Shown: positions 62,014 to 64,000 of the stretch, piece after piece
Numbering within the stretch: the first letter of the stretch is position 1
How the letters are laid out: every line of letters starts with the position of its first letter
NCBI GenBank assembly: GCA_965261545.1
Contig: CBDHDF010000007.1
Location: 160,001 to 224,000 of the forward strand
From: Bdellovibrionales bacterium
GTDB lineage: Bacteria; Bdellovibrionota; Bdellovibrionia; Bdellovibrionales; UBA1609
Reading direction: 5' to 3'
DNA length: 64,000 bases
Translations under genes and position numbers: made by a program
The notes under the pieces: generated by a model
What the model was told of the DNA's origin: nothing
What the model saw: the letters and a program-made list of their open reading frames with translations, nothing else
Databases searched by the model: none

Positions 62014-62318
62014 TGTTAGGCGCCAATTAAAATTGGCCATTTTTAGAAGCCGTCGCCAATGAAAAACGGCCAGTTGATGATGTACTGATTTAGTTATTCT
62101 TCGTTCAGAGTTTAGTCAAGTGTCTTTATTTTGCTCATCATTTAACTCGGACTATGCCACAAGATTCTGAGGAATGATTTTCTGCCCACCACTTTTGGCA
62201 TGACCCCAAATGCATCCTTCAGCCCTATGGCAGAGGTAAATGGAGTATTTTTCAGGATTCCTTGGCGCAGCTAATGTCTAAAGCTCCGCGAGAGTGACGA
62301 GCAAATAGTACGGTAAAA

Positions 62319-62416
62319 GCCAGTTATCCATAAATTTATCCATGGCGACACTGCGGCTGTGACCCCGATGTCTAGCAACGCAGTGCTGCTGTGGATAAAT
62401 TTTGTGGATAACTGGC
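62319..62416. repeat. DnaA-box-like palindrome, copy 3
   Basis: GCCAGTTATCCATA...TGTGGATAACTGGC. Confidence 0.85.
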
Positions 62417-62443
62417 GAGTTCCTTCCCCAAAAGTGGGGATCT

Positions 62444-63178
62444 CTAATGAACTTCTTTGGTTGAACTTTCCTCTTTGCTCTGTTTAGACTTGGCTTTTGC
62501 CGATTCGGTTCTCCAACTTTCTTTTCCTTCAATGTTGAGGGTTTCACAGTTGTGAATGATTCGATCAACAGCAGCAGCGGTGGTAATAGGGTTAAGAAAC
62601 ACCTTATCCCATTCAGAGTATGTTAAGTTTGTAGTGATCATGAGACTTTTCCTTTCATATCGCTGAGATATGAATTGAAAGAAAAGATCTGCCCCCTCTG
62701 TGCAGGAAGCTGTATAGCCAAGTTCATCACAAGCAATAAGATCAAAACGGTCTAATTTCTTAAAAAGAGCATTCAATGAGAGTTCTTTCTTGCTTTCACG
62801 CATTGTTTCAATAAGTTCATGAGTGGTGACCCATAAACATCGATAGCCTTGTTCACAGAGTGAACGAACTAGGGACATGGCCAAATGACTTTTCCCCATT
62901 CCAAAGCTTCCGTAAAACACAACATTACAGGCTTTTCTGACCCACTCTCCCTCTGCCATCCAATTAATTTGCTGAGCTGTCACTCCCGTTCTTTTCTGGA
63001 AGTTATAAGTTTGGAGTGATTTAAGTTGAGGAAGCTTGGCCCCCTTAAGCAATCTTTTCACTCTCTGGGAATGCTTGTCAGCAAGCTCATTTTGAACGAG
63101 TATACCTAAATACTGTTCATACGTCTTTTTTGTTTTTTCGGCAACTCTAGCCGTTGCAACATATTCATCCGCCACGAA
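62444..63178 (-). pseudogene. istB: IstB ATPase with its N-terminus cut by a further insertion
   Basis: GSFGMGKS, ACDELGY, AAVDRIIH; no istA upstream, and an oppositely oriented transposase lies there instead. Confidence 0.75.
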
Positions 63179-63447
63179 TTGGGTCAAAAATAACGACACC
63201 AAGACGCATCACATTAAAACACCTTCGTGGTGCCCGGGTTATGGTCCTCCACCTGGCTGGCTCATTATTCCGACACCGAGTTCCCACTTTTCTCTTTTTG
63301 AGTCAAAAATGTGCGTTGAGGAGACTCCCTCACTCAATAAGACACCGGTTGTTACGCCTTCTAAAACAGATCAGCCGAGCTACCCCTCTGTTGATCCTCT
63401 CAGTAAGATTGATCTTTGGAAACAAACAATCAACGAGGGGGTCTTCA

Positions 63448-64000
63448 GTGAGGGAGTCGGCTGTTAATGCTTACTTAACTGCAATTTCAGGCTTATATCA
63501 ACAAAGTTCTAAGGCTAAAAAAGGGGAGTTGCTAGATCATGCGGAACTGGTCACAAACCTCTCTAGGAAGCGACTCATAAGGAGATTAAACGAGATTCAA
63601 CAAAATAATGGCTCTGTGCCACTCAAGCGGTCAGGGAGGCCTCTGGCTTATTCTCAAGAGGAGTTACGACCCCACATCAAATATTTGTGGGAACAAATGG
63701 AAAAAATCTCGGCTGTACGAATAAAAGCCGCTCTACCGGATTGGCTCCCCAATTATGAGTCGTGTCCTCCCCACTTAAAGCTTCAGTTAGAAAAAATGAG
63801 TGCCAGCACCTTGAAGCGTTATCTGAAGGAAATTCGCTTGGCTTCATTGGTCTCTAAGGGATTGTCCACAACCTGTCCTGCCCAATATATGAAAAATAAG
63901 GTTCCCATCAATACACTGGACTCCAAGGTCACAAGGCCTGGTTATATACAAACAGATACGGTTGCTCACTGTGGAACGAGTGCCCAAGGCCCTTTTATCA
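63448..64000 (+). CDS. Integrase-core transposase (ISNCY/ISLbi1-like), runs off the window
   Basis: GTG 63448 after GAGGGG; YQQSSKAKKGELLD, SRKRLIRRL, MSASTLKRYL, PGYIQTDTVAHCG; upstream TCA...GACACC repeats at ~63184, ~63262, ~63335. Confidence 0.8.
   Translation, partial: MRESAVNAYLTAISGLYQQSSKAKKGELLDHAELVTNLSRKRLIRRLNEIQQNNGSVPLKRSGRPLAYSQEELRPHIKYLWEQMEKISAVRIKAALPDWLPNYESCPPHLKLQLEKMSASTLKRYLKEIRLASLVSKGLSTTCPAQYMKNKVPINTLDSKVTRPGYIQTDTVAHCGTSAQGPFI

Larger units (their letters stand above)
62014..63178 (-). mobile_element. Second, distinct IS21-family element (right end and istB), interrupted
   Basis: TG terminus, repeated CGCCAAT.AAA...GGCCA units, istB. Confidence 0.8.

Overview
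This is a bacterial chromosomal window. The gene set (hemB, cca, prc-like protease, recD2, ligA, nrdAB, miaB, guaB, recA, pilT-family ATPase, lolA, rimO) and a stand-alone c-di-GMP riboswitch suggest a Bdellovibrionota organism, possibly host-associated; this is an inference. Housekeeping blocks (13-47 kb, 57-60 kb) are interrupted or flanked by dense, nested insertion-sequence clusters: IS21 x2, IS4 x2, IS3 x2, IS256, IS110 x3, IS66, two ISNCY-like elements, an IS1 remnant and a MITE. Five observations stand out. (1) A 626-nt ORF-less group II intron sits in codon 6 of an IS256 transposase, and splicing restores the gene. (2) Two inverted copies of an IS110 are inserted exactly into both terminal repeats of an IS66, with the original 8-bp target-site duplication (TSD) outside them and candidate bridge-RNA guide segments matching the IS66 end. 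(3) A ~95-bp covarying palindrome carrying DnaA-box-like 9-mers lies downstream of the transposase in three elements from two unrelated IS families. (4) An IS1111-type element has an ~860-bp non-coding tail and unusual flanking duplications. (5) A c-di-GMP-I aptamer is followed by a terminator with no substantial ORF between them. All calls were made by eye, with no database searches.
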